A stretch of DNA of 64,000 bases from positions 8,816 through 72,815 of the forward strand of contig CAZVYZ010000001.1 in assembly GCA_964630695.1 (NCBI GenBank), read 5' to 3'. Source of the DNA: an uncultured Ruminococcus sp. (GTDB taxonomy: Bacteria; Bacillota; Clostridia; Oscillospirales; CAG-272). Shown piece by piece: positions 7,704 through 16,793 of this stretch. The translations under genes and the position numbers were made by a program. Below the pieces are notes generated by a model. The model saw only the letters and a program-made list of their open reading frames with translations, searched no databases and was not told the origin of the DNA. Position 1 is the stretch's first letter; the number at the start of each line of letters is the position of its first letter.

Positions 7704-9133
7704 CAACGCGCGGACGCTTCGGAAAACTGTTTTCCGACACCGTAATTCTTGCACTCGGGACGTTCGGTTCCAAATTGCTCGTGTTCCTGCTCATGCCGCT
7801 GTATACCGCGCTCCTGTCCCCGTCGCAGTACGGAATGGCGGAACTGATTACCGGCACGGCAAACCTCATCATGCCGTTTGCCTGCGTGGGCATCACGAGC
7901 GGAATTTTCCGCTTTGCGGCGGAAAAGGGGACTGACCGCGAGGGGGTGTTCTCCTCGGGTGTGGTCCTGCTCGGCGCGGGGCTGGGCGGAACGGTCCTGC
8001 TCGGGGGGATTGCGCTCCTTATCGGCGCGGCGTGGCGGACCGAGATTCTGCTTGTGGTGCTGTACGTTTTGGCTGCCGACTTGCAGGCGGTGTGTGCGCA
8101 GTATGTCCGCGCAATCGACCGCACGCGGCTGTTTGCTGTGCAGGGAATTCTCAATACGCTCGTGACCATTGGGTTCAATATCCTGTTCCTGATGGTGTTT
8201 GACCTCGGCGTAACGGGCTACGTGCTGTCCACAGTGGTGGGCAACCTGCTGACTACGGGGTTCCTCGTTGCGAGCGCCAAGTTGTGGCGGGTGTTCCGCC
8301 TCTCGCGCGTGAGCAGGGCCGCCATGCGGGAACTCTTCCGCTTCAGCCTGCCGATGGTGCCGACGACCATCTGTTGGCTGATTACCGACCTTTCCGACCG
8401 GTATCTGATCACTTGGTTCTGCGGCGAGGCGGTCAACGGCATGTACTCGGCGGCTTATAAAATTCCGACGATTGTCAATCTGGTGTCGGGGATTTTCATG
8501 CAGGCGTGGCAGTTTTCCGCCGTCGTGCAGTCGACCGACGGTGAGGCGTGCAGTCGGTTCTATTCGCAGGTGTTCCGCGGATTCCTGTCGGTCATTTTCA
8601 TCGGGAGCGGGGGACTGATTCTGCTCTCGCCCCTGCTTTGCCGCCTGCTCCTTAACGCGGCGTACCACGAGGCGTGGCGCTATATGCCGACCCTGCTTTG
8701 CGCGGCGGCACTGGAATCCGTGGTGTCGTTCCTCGCAAGCGTTTATATGGTGCGCAAAAAGAGTATGCACTCGTTCCTGACCGCCGTGGCGGGGACGGGG
8801 CTGAACCTGCTTCTCAATTGTCTGTTTATCCCGCGGACGGGGCCGTTCGGCGGCGCGCTCGGCGCTGCAATTGCCACGCTCATCGGCTACGCGGCGGTCT
8901 GGGTATTGCGGATGGCGGACGTGCCGCGACTGCTTCGGTTCCGCCTGTACCTGCCGCGGCAGGTGTGCAGCACCGCACTTCTTCTCGCTGCCGCGGCGGC
9001 AATGACCGCAGGGGCGGGGTGGTCGGTGTATGTGACGCTTGGGCTGTTCCTTGTGTTGGCGGGCATCAATTTTCCGGCGCTTGCCGCCGGCGCGCGGGCG
9101 CTTCTCGGGCATCGGCGCGGCGTGACGGAATAA
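7700..9133 (+). CDS. Oligosaccharide flippase family (MOP/Wzx-like) membrane protein
   Basis: 477 aa, about 12-14 TM helices; N-terminus KLFSDTVILALGTFGSKLLVFLLMPLYTALLSPSQYG is typical of polysaccharide-biosynthesis flippases. Confidence 0.7.
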   Translation: MTTRGRFGKLFSDTVILALGTFGSKLLVFLLMPLYTALLSPSQYGMAELITGTANLIMPFACVGITSGIFRFAAEKGTDREGVFSSGVVLLGAGLGGTVLLGGIALLIGAAWRTEILLVVLYVLAADLQAVCAQYVRAIDRTRLFAVQGILNTLVTIGFNILFLMVFDLGVTGYVLSTVVGNLLTTGFLVASAKLWRVFRLSRVSRAAMRELFRFSLPMVPTTICWLITDLSDRYLITWFCGEAVNGMYSAAYKIPTIVNLVSGIFMQAWQFSAVVQSTDGEACSRFYSQVFRGFLSVIFIGSGGLILLSPLLCRLLLNAAYHEAWRYMPTLLCAAALESVVSFLASVYMVRKKSMHSFLTAVAGTGLNLLLNCLFIPRTGPFGGALGAAIATLIGYAAVWVLRMADVPRLLRFRLYLPRQVCSTALLLAAAAAMTAGAGWSVYVTLGLFLVLAGINFPALAAGARALLGHRRGVTE

Positions 9134-9159
9134 AATCGAAACTTTTTTTGCAAAACCCC

Positions 9160-9188
9160 TTGCAAAAAAAGGGAAAGTATGCTATAAT
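9160..9188 (+). promoter_or_regulatory. Sigma-A type promoter for rplS
   Basis: TTGCAA, 17-nt spacer, TATAAT. Confidence 0.6.
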
Positions 9189-9271
9189 ACTCATGTTGCG
9201 CCCAAAGCGCTGAATTTTAGGGTGGTCCGCTGCAGGCTCGCATGAACATCCGGTATTACAGGAGGACTCAA
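9189..9271 (+). promoter_or_regulatory. Possible ribosomal-protein L19 leader (5' UTR)
   Basis: About 80-nt untranslated leader between the consensus promoter and rplS; Firmicutes are known to carry an L19 leader; structure not verified here. Confidence 0.3.
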
Positions 9272-9613
9272 ATGAATCTCATTGAGGCTTTTACAAACGA
9301 GCAATTGAAGAAAGAGGTCCCGCTGATCCGCGTTGGTGACACCGTGCGTGTCTACAACAAGATCAAAGAGGGCAACCGCGAGAGAATCCAACTTTTCGAG
9401 GGTACCGTAATCGGTAAACACGGCGGCGGAATCTCCGAAACTTTCACGGTACGCAGAGTTTCCTACGGCGTCGGCGTCGAAAAGACGTTCCCGATTCATT
9501 CTCCGAACGTGGAGAAAGTGGAAATCGTCCGCGTCGGTAAAATCAGACGTGCGAAGTTGTACTATCTGCGCGGCAGATTCGGCAAGGCTTCCAAAGTCAA
9601 AGAGCAGATTTGA
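9272..9613 (+). CDS. rplS: 50S ribosomal protein L19
   Basis: 113 aa [47 protein letters not shown]...; AGGAGG RBS. Confidence 0.95.
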   Translation: MNLIEAFTNEQLKKEVPLIRVGDTVRVYNKIKEGNRERIQLFEGTVIGKHGGGISETFTVRRVSYGVGVEKTFPIHSPNVEKVEIVRVGKIRRAKLYYLRGRFGKASKVKEQI

Positions 9614-9870
9614 TTTTGGGGAAAGAAAGACCTTGGAGGGAAAGACCTTGGAGGGAGAGAGGGTCCTCTTGAAAGAGGACCCTCTCTCCCTCCAAGCCTC
9701 CCTCTTACCCCGAGAACTTCCCCACAGAACCCCGTCATGACGGGAGCGAATTTTTGATTCGCTTTCGTTACGGCGGGGTTCTGTGGGGAAGTTTTTTGTT
9801 TTGAGGGAGGGGGACTTTGAAAGGTGCGGCTTCGCGCTCGCTTTGTGGGGGCTTATGACGTTTTGCTGTG
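9614..9870. repeat. Cluster of long perfect hairpin modules downstream of rplS
   Basis: GGAGGGAGAGAGGGTCCTCTT gaa AAGAGGACCCTCTCTCCCTCC; CTTCCCCACAGAACCCCG...CGGGGTTCTGTGGGGAAG; duplicated AAAGACCTTGGAGGG. Confidence 0.8.
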
Positions 9871-9872
9871 CA

Positions 9873-10170
9873 GATTTATCCCCCCTCATCAGTCGCTTGA
9901 CGCGACAGCTTCCCCCCGAGGGGAAGCCTTTTTACAAGATTCCTTTCGTACTATGCACCAAGGCAAATGGATGAAAATTTGATGCGTTGTTCTATTTACC
10001 TCTTGCTCTTACTACTTACTACTTACTACTTACTACTTACCACTTACTGCTTACTGCATGGAATATTTACTTACAACGTGAAGTTGTATTTACTATGTTC
10101 GCACAACATAAAGAAGGCTTCCCCCTTGGGGGAAGCTGTCGCGTAAGCGACTGATGAGGGGGGATAAATC
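9873..10170. repeat. Inverted-repeat element E2: IRs 9873-9928 and 10116-10170 around a 187-bp core, flanked by TGTGCA direct repeats
   Basis: Same 53-bp IR as E1 with one extra T in the left arm and a few substitutions in the right arm; TGTGCA lies immediately outside both ends. Confidence 0.9.
10009..10057 (+). repeat. Heptanucleotide microsatellite (TTACTAC)x4 plus 3 variant units inside the E2 core
   Basis: TTACTAC TTACTAC TTACTAC TTACTAC TTACCAC TTACTGC TTACTGC. Confidence 0.9.
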
Positions 10171-10470
10171 TGTGCATCCTACAGTTATTATACCCGACGA
10201 TAGGTTCTATGCACCCCTCCCTTTGTTAAGGCAACACCGCGCAATTCGCAATCGGCGCACTCGCTCGCGCCTTTCCCGTCATACTTCACAAAAATCCTTG
10301 CCTGTAGCCGCGCTACAGCCTGCGAATTTTTGTATTGTCTGACGAAAAATCCGGCTTCGCGATTTCACCATCGGAATTGCGCGGTATTGCCTTAAAGGTT
10401 TTTGAAAGGGGCAAGGGGAAACTTCTTCCAAGAAGTTTCCCCTTGCACATCCCTCGCATCCCCGCGTCCT

Positions 10471-11307
10471 TTATTTTCTGCACTCCTTGAGGGCGGCAAA
10501 GCGACAGGCGGCAGCGTAGGCGCGGGCGAAGTAGTCGGCATCGTCCATGCTTGCGTAGCGGTCGTTGTCGTGGCGGTTCGGTTTGGAGTCGCGGTTCAGT
10601 TCAAAGGTCAGCGTGCCGTTGTAACCGTGCGCGTTGAGACGGTCGGCAATGTTGTCCCAGTCGGCGATTCCGTCAAACGGGAGCAGGTGCAGGTCGTCTG
10701 TCCATGTAATGTTGCCGTCAAAATTGCTGATGCCCAGATTGTCGTTGATGTGCGTGCAGACCAGACGGTCGCCGTAAAGCGCAAGCATATCCCGACTGCG
10801 GTTGTAGCACATCTCGTGTCCCGTGTCCCAGCAAAAGCCGAGGTTGGGGTGGGAGGGGAAGGCGTTCATCAGCGCGGCGAGGTACTCTTCGCCCTCGGTG
10901 TTCTCCAGCGCCACCGTGACCCCGCATTTCTCCGCTTCCGCAAGAATTTTTGCAAAATTACGCGGACCTTCGGGCGTTGGCGTGTGGTCGCGGAAGCCGA
11001 TAAATGCGTGCATGACCATAATCGGTACCCGAACGGCGGCACAGGCGCGCAGACATTCAATCAGTTCCGATACCACGTCATCCGCTTCGGGACCCGATTT
11101 CCAGAGTCGGTCGGCTTTTCCGAACGGAGCGTGGACCGACTGAAAGTCCAAGCCCAGTTCGTCCGCTTTTTCGCGGAGCGGTGTGAGGTCCATCCCCCGA
11201 TCCCACTCGATGAAGAAGCCCTCAAAGCCGATTTTCTTCCATTCCTCCATGCGCTGTAGCGCAATGGCGCGGTCGTTGATTCCGAGGCAGAGTTTGGTTT
11301 TCCACAT
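10471..11307 (-). CDS. Sugar phosphate isomerase/epimerase, xylose-isomerase-like TIM barrel (AP_endonuc_2 fold)
   Basis: 278 aa from MWKTKLCLG...; GAGGAGGA RBS 8 nt upstream of this ATG; metal-ligand style motifs VHAPF, ALEN, WDTGH; lies 13 nt after the helicase stop. Confidence 0.7.
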   Translation of the reverse strand: MWKTKLCLGINDRAIALQRMEEWKKIGFEGFFIEWDRGMDLTPLREKADELGLDFQSVHAPFGKADRLWKSGPEADDVVSELIECLRACAAVRVPIMVMHAFIGFRDHTPTPEGPRNFAKILAEAEKCGVTVALENTEGEEYLAALMNAFPSHPNLGFCWDTGHEMCYNRSRDMLALYGDRLVCTHINDNLGISNFDGNITWTDDLHLLPFDGIADWDNIADRLNAHGYNGTLTFELNRDSKPNRHDNDRYASMDDADYFARAYAAACRFAALKECRK

Positions 11308-11320
11308 AGCAGAATCCTCC

Positions 11321-13552
11321 TCAGTATTCTTTGAAAATTTCCAGAATTCGCCTGCCTGCTTCCTCTGCATTCAGTTTGTCAACGGCGAACGCGTGACGGA
11401 GCAGGTCGGTCGGAATGTAATCGTCGTATTTTTCAAACAGCGGGACCTCGCCCGAAGAGACCAATTCGTGCGGGTCGATTCCCGTTGCGGCTTGGTCGGC
11501 GAGAACGTGCATCAACTCGTAATCCGTCCCTTTGCTCATCTTGAACGCGATGAAATAGCACCCCTCGTATTCCACGCCGGTGATGCCGAACCGCGCGCTC
11601 TGCCCCTGAATCAGCCGTCGGACCGTGCGGAACGAGCGCGTCCCGAGCCACGGAAAGAGACAGTAGGAGTAGCCGCCGAGGTGAATCAGAGAATGCTCGG
11701 TCAGCCCCGTATTCCGCGCAACGTGGCGCGCCACCTCCAACCGCTTCTGCGCGTTCGGCTTGAGGTAGGGGTAGACCGTGTCCTCGCGCAGGACCTGCCG
11801 CATCCGCTCTGCAATGCGGGTGTGGACCTCGCCGTAGTCGCCGGGCCACGAGACTTCCATTTTACCCTCAACCGGCTGAACGTATATCAGTTTCCGCTGA
11901 ATGTCGAGTTCCTCCACCTCCCAGACCCGCCCTGCAAGTGCGAAACGGTCGCCGACGGGCGGCGGAGTGGTGATGGTCCCGATTTCGTCGGACCCCGCAC
12001 GGACCGTGTAGTCCTCGCTGTCTTTGAACACCGCGTAGAATTTGAAACTTTTCAGAAGCCGCTCGCCCGCAAGTCCGACAATCACGGTTTTCTCCTCGGT
12101 CATTTCCAGAAAATCATTGTTCAGCATGGAGAGGAGCAGAACCTTGTAGTCCTCCTTGCTGACCGCCGCAAACGGGGGGAGCGCCAACACGCGCTCGGCA
12201 AGCCGACGCACGGTCAGTTCTCCCGATGCCGCCAGAACGCTCAGCGTCTGGTGAAAGAGCAGGCTGAACGGCTGTTTCCGCACGATAGGCGGCTCAATGA
12301 AGCGTTCCTCGCGGTACAGTTCGATGATGGCAATCGCCTTGAGCAACTCCCAAGGCATCAGATGCGGCAGGGGCGTGTTCGGGAGCGGGTCCTCCTCGCG
12401 AAAGACCATCATCATCTCGGGCGGCTGTCCGCGTCTGCCCGAGCGCCCGAGCCGTTGCAGAAAACTCGTGACCGAGTTGGGGGATTGGTTTTGCAGGACC
12501 CGCTCCAACTTTCCGATGTCGATGCCGAGTTCCATCGTAACAGTTGCGCAGGTGACGGTTGGGGGACCCTCCTCGTCTTTCATTTTCAGTTCGGCTTCCT
12601 CGCGCAGAGCCGCCGAAAGGTTGCCGTGGTGAATCAGAAAATCATCGGGGTCGCCGCGCAGGCGCGCAATCTGGCGGAACGTCGCGCAGAGGTATTCGGT
12701 CTCCTCGCGGGAGTTGGAAAAGACCAATGCCCGCTTGCCCTGCACGCAGTCGTACATGAACGTGTAGCCCGCGTCGTAAACAATCGGCGCGGGGGAGGGA
12801 GACGGCTCGTCTTTCGGCTCGGTCGCCTGTTCCTCGCGGGGGGACTGAACGTAGAAATGCTCCAATCCCAAGCGCCAACGCAGGGCGCCTTGTGCAATGC
12901 GCGGAATGTCGGTCGACCGTCCCGAGCCTGCCGAGAGCCATGCCGCCGCCAGTTCGGGGTCCCCGACCGTTGCGGAAAGCCCTACGCGGCGCGGGTGGTA
13001 GCCGATGCTCCGACCGATGCGGGCAAGTTGACAGAGAATCTGGTTGCCGCGGTCCGAACCGGTCAGCGTGTGAATCTCGTCTATCACCACGAACCGCAGG
13101 TCACCGAACAGGCGCACGATGTCGTTGCTTCGGTTGATGAGCATCGCTTCCAATGATTCGGGGGTAATCTGAAGAATTCCGCGCGGGCGTTCGAGCAGTT
13201 TCTTTTTGTGGGACTGCGCCACGTCGCCGTGCCAGTGCGTCACGGGAATTCCGCTTTCCTCCAACAGGTCCGCAATGCGCCCGAACTGGTCGTTGATGAG
13301 ACTTTTCAGGGGGGCAATGTACAGCACCCCTATGCTCTCGGGCGGATTTTCACAGAGCAGGGAGAGGATGGGGAAGAACGCCGCTTCGGTCTTGCCGCTC
13401 GCGGTGGAGGAGGTCAGAAGCAGGTTGTTTTCGCTCCCGAAGACGGATTCCGCCGCCGCAACCTGCACGTCACGCAGGGAATCCCAGTTGTGGGCATAGA
13501 TGAATTCCCGGATGAAGTCGGGAAACCGCCCGAAAATCTCGGCTCCTCTCAT
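11321..13552 (-). CDS. sngC: Lhr-like DEAD/DEAH-box SF2 helicase (Shango SngC-type)
   Basis: 743 aa; motif I SSTASGKTEAAF, motif II VVIDEIHT, motif III LSATVG, motif VI QRLGRSGRRG; ATGA start/stop overlap with the upstream ATPase gene. Confidence 0.75.
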   Translation of the reverse strand: MRGAEIFGRFPDFIREFIYAHNWDSLRDVQVAAAESVFGSENNLLLTSSTASGKTEAAFFPILSLLCENPPESIGVLYIAPLKSLINDQFGRIADLLEESGIPVTHWHGDVAQSHKKKLLERPRGILQITPESLEAMLINRSNDIVRLFGDLRFVVIDEIHTLTGSDRGNQILCQLARIGRSIGYHPRRVGLSATVGDPELAAAWLSAGSGRSTDIPRIAQGALRWRLGLEHFYVQSPREEQATEPKDEPSPSPAPIVYDAGYTFMYDCVQGKRALVFSNSREETEYLCATFRQIARLRGDPDDFLIHHGNLSAALREEAELKMKDEEGPPTVTCATVTMELGIDIGKLERVLQNQSPNSVTSFLQRLGRSGRRGQPPEMMMVFREEDPLPNTPLPHLMPWELLKAIAIIELYREERFIEPPIVRKQPFSLLFHQTLSVLAASGELTVRRLAERVLALPPFAAVSKEDYKVLLLSMLNNDFLEMTEEKTVIVGLAGERLLKSFKFYAVFKDSEDYTVRAGSDEIGTITTPPPVGDRFALAGRVWEVEELDIQRKLIYVQPVEGKMEVSWPGDYGEVHTRIAERMRQVLREDTVYPYLKPNAQKRLEVARHVARNTGLTEHSLIHLGGYSYCLFPWLGTRSFRTVRRLIQGQSARFGITGVEYEGCYFIAFKMSKGTDYELMHVLADQAATGIDPHELVSSGEVPLFEKYDDYIPTDLLRHAFAVDKLNAEEAGRRILEIFKEY

Positions 13553-14946
13553 AGGTCAAGTTCGTCGATGGTGTAGGTCTTGGCGGGTGCAGGCTCGGCG
13601 GCGGACGCGTTCTGTTTTTCGTTCCCGTTTCTGTCATCGTCCTCGTCGCTGTCCCCGTGGCGGAGCGTGACCGCACTGCTCACCACATCGTCAAAGGTCG
13701 CCTCGGGGTTCTGCATCAGAATGTTCAGCACCGTCATGTAGTCGCGGAGCATTTCGCGCGGCGTGATGAGGCTGTCGGCGCCCGCGCGGGAGAGACAGAT
13801 TTGCAGAAAGCGTGTCATTTGTTCCTCGTTCACGCGCGGGGAAATCCCGTAATTCTGCGCGTAAAGTCCCGTGATGCGGACAATCAGCGCGTACAACTCG
13901 TCATCCGAGAGACGGCGCAGACGGATGACGGGACCGATGAGGTTTTTGTAGCCCTCGGGCGAAAAACGGCTGTCGCACAACCGACTGCGGAGCGCTTCGT
14001 AACTGAACAGTCCCCGCCGCGTGTCCTCCAGAAACTGCGGGGTTCCGCCGAGAATCAGCGCAAGCCCCGGGGCGCGCCCCTGCAGGGTGTCATTGAACAT
14101 GGAGAGAATCTTTTCGTAGTTGTTCTCGCGGCTCACGCGGTGCGGGATTTTGTAAAGGTTGACGCACTCGTCGATGAAGACCACCAGACCGCGGTAGCCC
14201 ATCACCCGCGCCATGGATGCCCAGAGTTTGAGAAAATCGTACCAGTTGTCATCATCGATGATGACCGACACCGAAAAGCCCAGTTCGTTGCGTGCTTCGG
14301 TTTTGGTGGAGAATTCCCCGCGGAGCCAACGCAGACAGGCGCTCTTGCGCGCGTCGTCCCCCTCCGTGTAGGCGCGGTAGTAAGCGGTGAGAACGTGTGC
14401 GAAATCGAATCCGCCGACTAAGAATTCCACCTCCTGCATCGCATTCAGGACCCGACGGTTCAACTCGGGGGAAAAGCGCGCGTCCTCGGGCGCAATCCCG
14501 CCGGCGGCAATGTCGGTCTGCAGCCCCGTAATCCATCGCGCAATCACGCGCGGCAGAGCGCCGCCGTCGGGTGCGGCTTTGGAGGCAAGGTTTTTCATCA
14601 GTTCGCGGTAGGTCGCAACGCCGCTTCCGTTGCTGCCGTAAAGACGGCGCTCGGGGGAGAGGTCGGCATCCGCAGTCAGAAAGCCGCGTTCCAGAGCGTA
14701 GCCGCGAATCAGTTGCATCAGAAAACTTTTGCCGCTTCCGTATCTGCCGATGAGAAAGCGCATCGACCCGCCGCCGTCATTGACCGCTTCCAGGTCGGAA
14801 AGCAGTGCCGCAATTTCGTCCTTTCTGCCAATGGCAAGGTAAGGCGCGCCCGAACGCGGGACCACGCCCGCCGAAACCGACGCGAGAAGCGAGGACAGAA
14901 TCCGCCGTGGGACCTGCCGGATGTCGGGATTGGTGTTCTGTTCCAT
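13549..14946 (-). CDS. sngB: DUF2791 / BREX-type ATP-binding protein (Shango SngB-type ATPase)
   Basis: 465 aa; Walker A FLIGRYGSGKSF, Walker B LVVFIDE; overall resemblance to the DUF2791 ATPases that accompany TerB-N/TerB-C proteins. Confidence 0.7.
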   Translation of the reverse strand: MEQNTNPDIRQVPRRILSSLLASVSAGVVPRSGAPYLAIGRKDEIAALLSDLEAVNDGGGSMRFLIGRYGSGKSFLMQLIRGYALERGFLTADADLSPERRLYGSNGSGVATYRELMKNLASKAAPDGGALPRVIARWITGLQTDIAAGGIAPEDARFSPELNRRVLNAMQEVEFLVGGFDFAHVLTAYYRAYTEGDDARKSACLRWLRGEFSTKTEARNELGFSVSVIIDDDNWYDFLKLWASMARVMGYRGLVVFIDECVNLYKIPHRVSRENNYEKILSMFNDTLQGRAPGLALILGGTPQFLEDTRRGLFSYEALRSRLCDSRFSPEGYKNLIGPVIRLRRLSDDELYALIVRITGLYAQNYGISPRVNEEQMTRFLQICLSRAGADSLITPREMLRDYMTVLNILMQNPEATFDDVVSSAVTLRHGDSDEDDDRNGNEKQNASAAEPAPAKTYTIDELDL

Positions 14947-14953
14947 ATCAGTA

Positions 14954-16657
14954 TCAGTCTCCTTTCCGTATTTCGGAGAGAATGGTATTCAGTCGGTCGC
15001 GGTAATCGTCAAGGACCCGCCAACCGTCGCCGTTGTCCTCCAGAAGAATATCGCCGGATTCTTCGGCGGAGCGTTCGTTGATTTCGTCCGCGAGCGCGTC
15101 CGGAAGCGTGCCGAGCACCTGTGCCGCCGCGCGGATTTTTGCGTTGTCCTCTTCGCGCACAGCCGAGAGAAAAGCGGCGTAGCGGGCATAGGGGGAGGGC
15201 GTGTCGGATGGCTGCTCCGCCGGCTTTTCCTTTGTCTGCGGTACGACAACAGGGGCGGGAACTTCTGCGGCTGCGACACCGTCCGTCTCTTCCTGCTCAA
15301 ACGCTTCCACAAGCCGCTCAGTCGTGTCCCATGAAGCGCGTTCGATTTCGGCGGCGCGTGCGGGGTCAAGCGGCAGAGCGGGGAGGTCGTAAAGTTTCTC
15401 GTATGCGGGTGGTTCCGCGGGCTTGACGGACCGCCGCGGCGGTTCCTTTTTCGGCAGGCGCGCGGCGCATTCCGCGTCAATCGCTTCGCGCACTTCGGCA
15501 GGGAGCGCATAGACCGTCATGCGGGAGCGGATGCCGAGCGTGGCGCGGAGTTTGTTTTCGGTGTATTTTACGATGTCGGTAACGAGAAAGCGCAATTCGT
15601 GTGAGCGGGAAAAGGAGCAGTAGGTGACTTCCAGTTTCCTGCGGTTTTCCGAGGCGCAGAGCGCGCCGTTGTAGGCAAAGCGCCCGAGTTTGCTGTCGTC
15701 CATTCCAAGACCCGCAAAGAGTTTCCCGTCCCGACTGAGCCGAGTCATCACGGCGGACAGCACGGCGGGAATCAGGCGGTCAAACTGCGGGAGGTTTTCG
15801 GGCGTGCAGAACTTGCTTTTGCGGTAGTCGTAGTTGGAGGCAAAGCAGAGCAGTGCCTGCAGATACCCGTCCTCACCTCCCGCAACGTAGAATTCTTTCA
15901 GGGTACAGTGCCGCATGATTTCCGTGCGTTCCTCGTGGGACAGCGCGGGCGGCGGCAGGCGGTGGATGAGACTGTAGTCGCAAATCCATTCGGGCAGGTA
16001 TCCCGAAAGTTGCGGGTAAGCCGTGCGGTAATTCTGCCAGAGACGGACCAGCACCGCCTGCCCCTCGGCGGTATTCCCGTGTTCCGCAAGGTTGATAATC
16101 TCAAACGCAAGCAGGAGCAGGTAACTGTAGTCGGTCGCGGGACAGACCCCTTTGCGGATGCAGTCCCGCAGGCAAAGATACCAGTCCAGTTGCGAACGGG
16201 TCATCTGGTCGTATTGCGGGACGTAGGAGAAGAACGGAACGGGCTTTGCGGGGCTTCCGTGACGGGTTGCAAGCGTTCGCGCGGTGCGGCAGAACGCGTC
16301 GTAGTAGGTGTGGGAAGCGTGGGGGAGATAGATTGCCACGCGGTGGAGCAGTGCGCTGTCCGGCTCATATTCCGCAATCGGAGCGGGAGCGGGCGGCGGA
16401 GCGGGAAAGACCGAGCGGCGGACCGAAGTTCCGGAAAGCGGGGCTTCGTGCGGGTGGATGACCGTTCCCTCGGGCGGTGGCGGAATCGGCTCCGCACGGT
16501 GGGTCGGCGGCTCGGTTTCGCGCGCCGCTACGGTGACTTCCTCTGCTTCGGTGTTCCGGCTCCGTTCCGGTATTTTTCGAACCGGCAAAAGTGCGTCAAT
16601 GTCCCAGAAACGGTCCAGTTCTGCGGCGCGGTTGCGCTTTTCATCATCCCGTTCCAT
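14954..16657 (-). CDS. sngA: TerB-N / TerB-C domain protein (Shango SngA-type)
   Basis: 567 aa; TerB_N signature FFSYVPQYDQMTRSQLDWYLCLRDCIRKG..DYSYLLLLAFEIINL; C-terminal TerB_C-like LDPARAAEIERASWDTTERLVEAF and LPDALADEINERSAEESGDILLED; GGAGGTG RBS. Confidence 0.7.
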   Translation of the reverse strand: MERDDEKRNRAAELDRFWDIDALLPVRKIPERSRNTEAEEVTVAARETEPPTHRAEPIPPPPEGTVIHPHEAPLSGTSVRRSVFPAPPPAPAPIAEYEPDSALLHRVAIYLPHASHTYYDAFCRTARTLATRHGSPAKPVPFFSYVPQYDQMTRSQLDWYLCLRDCIRKGVCPATDYSYLLLLAFEIINLAEHGNTAEGQAVLVRLWQNYRTAYPQLSGYLPEWICDYSLIHRLPPPALSHEERTEIMRHCTLKEFYVAGGEDGYLQALLCFASNYDYRKSKFCTPENLPQFDRLIPAVLSAVMTRLSRDGKLFAGLGMDDSKLGRFAYNGALCASENRRKLEVTYCSFSRSHELRFLVTDIVKYTENKLRATLGIRSRMTVYALPAEVREAIDAECAARLPKKEPPRRSVKPAEPPAYEKLYDLPALPLDPARAAEIERASWDTTERLVEAFEQEETDGVAAAEVPAPVVVPQTKEKPAEQPSDTPSPYARYAAFLSAVREEDNAKIRAAAQVLGTLPDALADEINERSAEESGDILLEDNGDGWRVLDDYRDRLNTILSEIRKGD

Positions 16658-16693
16658 TTTCGCACCTCCGTTTTCGTGTTTCTTGAATATTTC

Positions 16694-16722
16694 ATTATAT
16701 CATGGTTTCGGACGTTTGTCAA
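16694..16722 (-). promoter_or_regulatory. Consensus sigma-A promoter for the TerB/ATPase/helicase operon
   Basis: Minus strand: TTGACA (16722-16717), 17-nt spacer, TATAAT (16699-16694). Confidence 0.7.
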
Positions 16723-16750
16723 TTCTTTTGCCGATAAAAACAGAAAGAAA

Positions 16751-16789
16751 ACAGAAAAATCTCCCCTGCACGCATCGCGTGCAGGGGAG
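16751..16789 (-). terminator. Rho-independent terminator of ychF
   Basis: CTCCCCTGCACGC atc GCGTGCAGGGGAG followed on the minus strand by a T-rich run. Confidence 0.8.
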
Positions 16790-16793
16790 TCGT

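Noticed and set aside
11183-13156. Very long antisense ORFs: 657 aa here, plus 16458-18020, 21601-23493, 7646-9112, 1536-2747, 57032-58282, 59705-60796, 61980-63035 and others
   Set aside because: These are shadow ORFs typical of high-GC DNA. They are Arg/Pro/Gly/His-rich and low-complexity, have no motifs, and each lies opposite a gene with clear conserved motifs.
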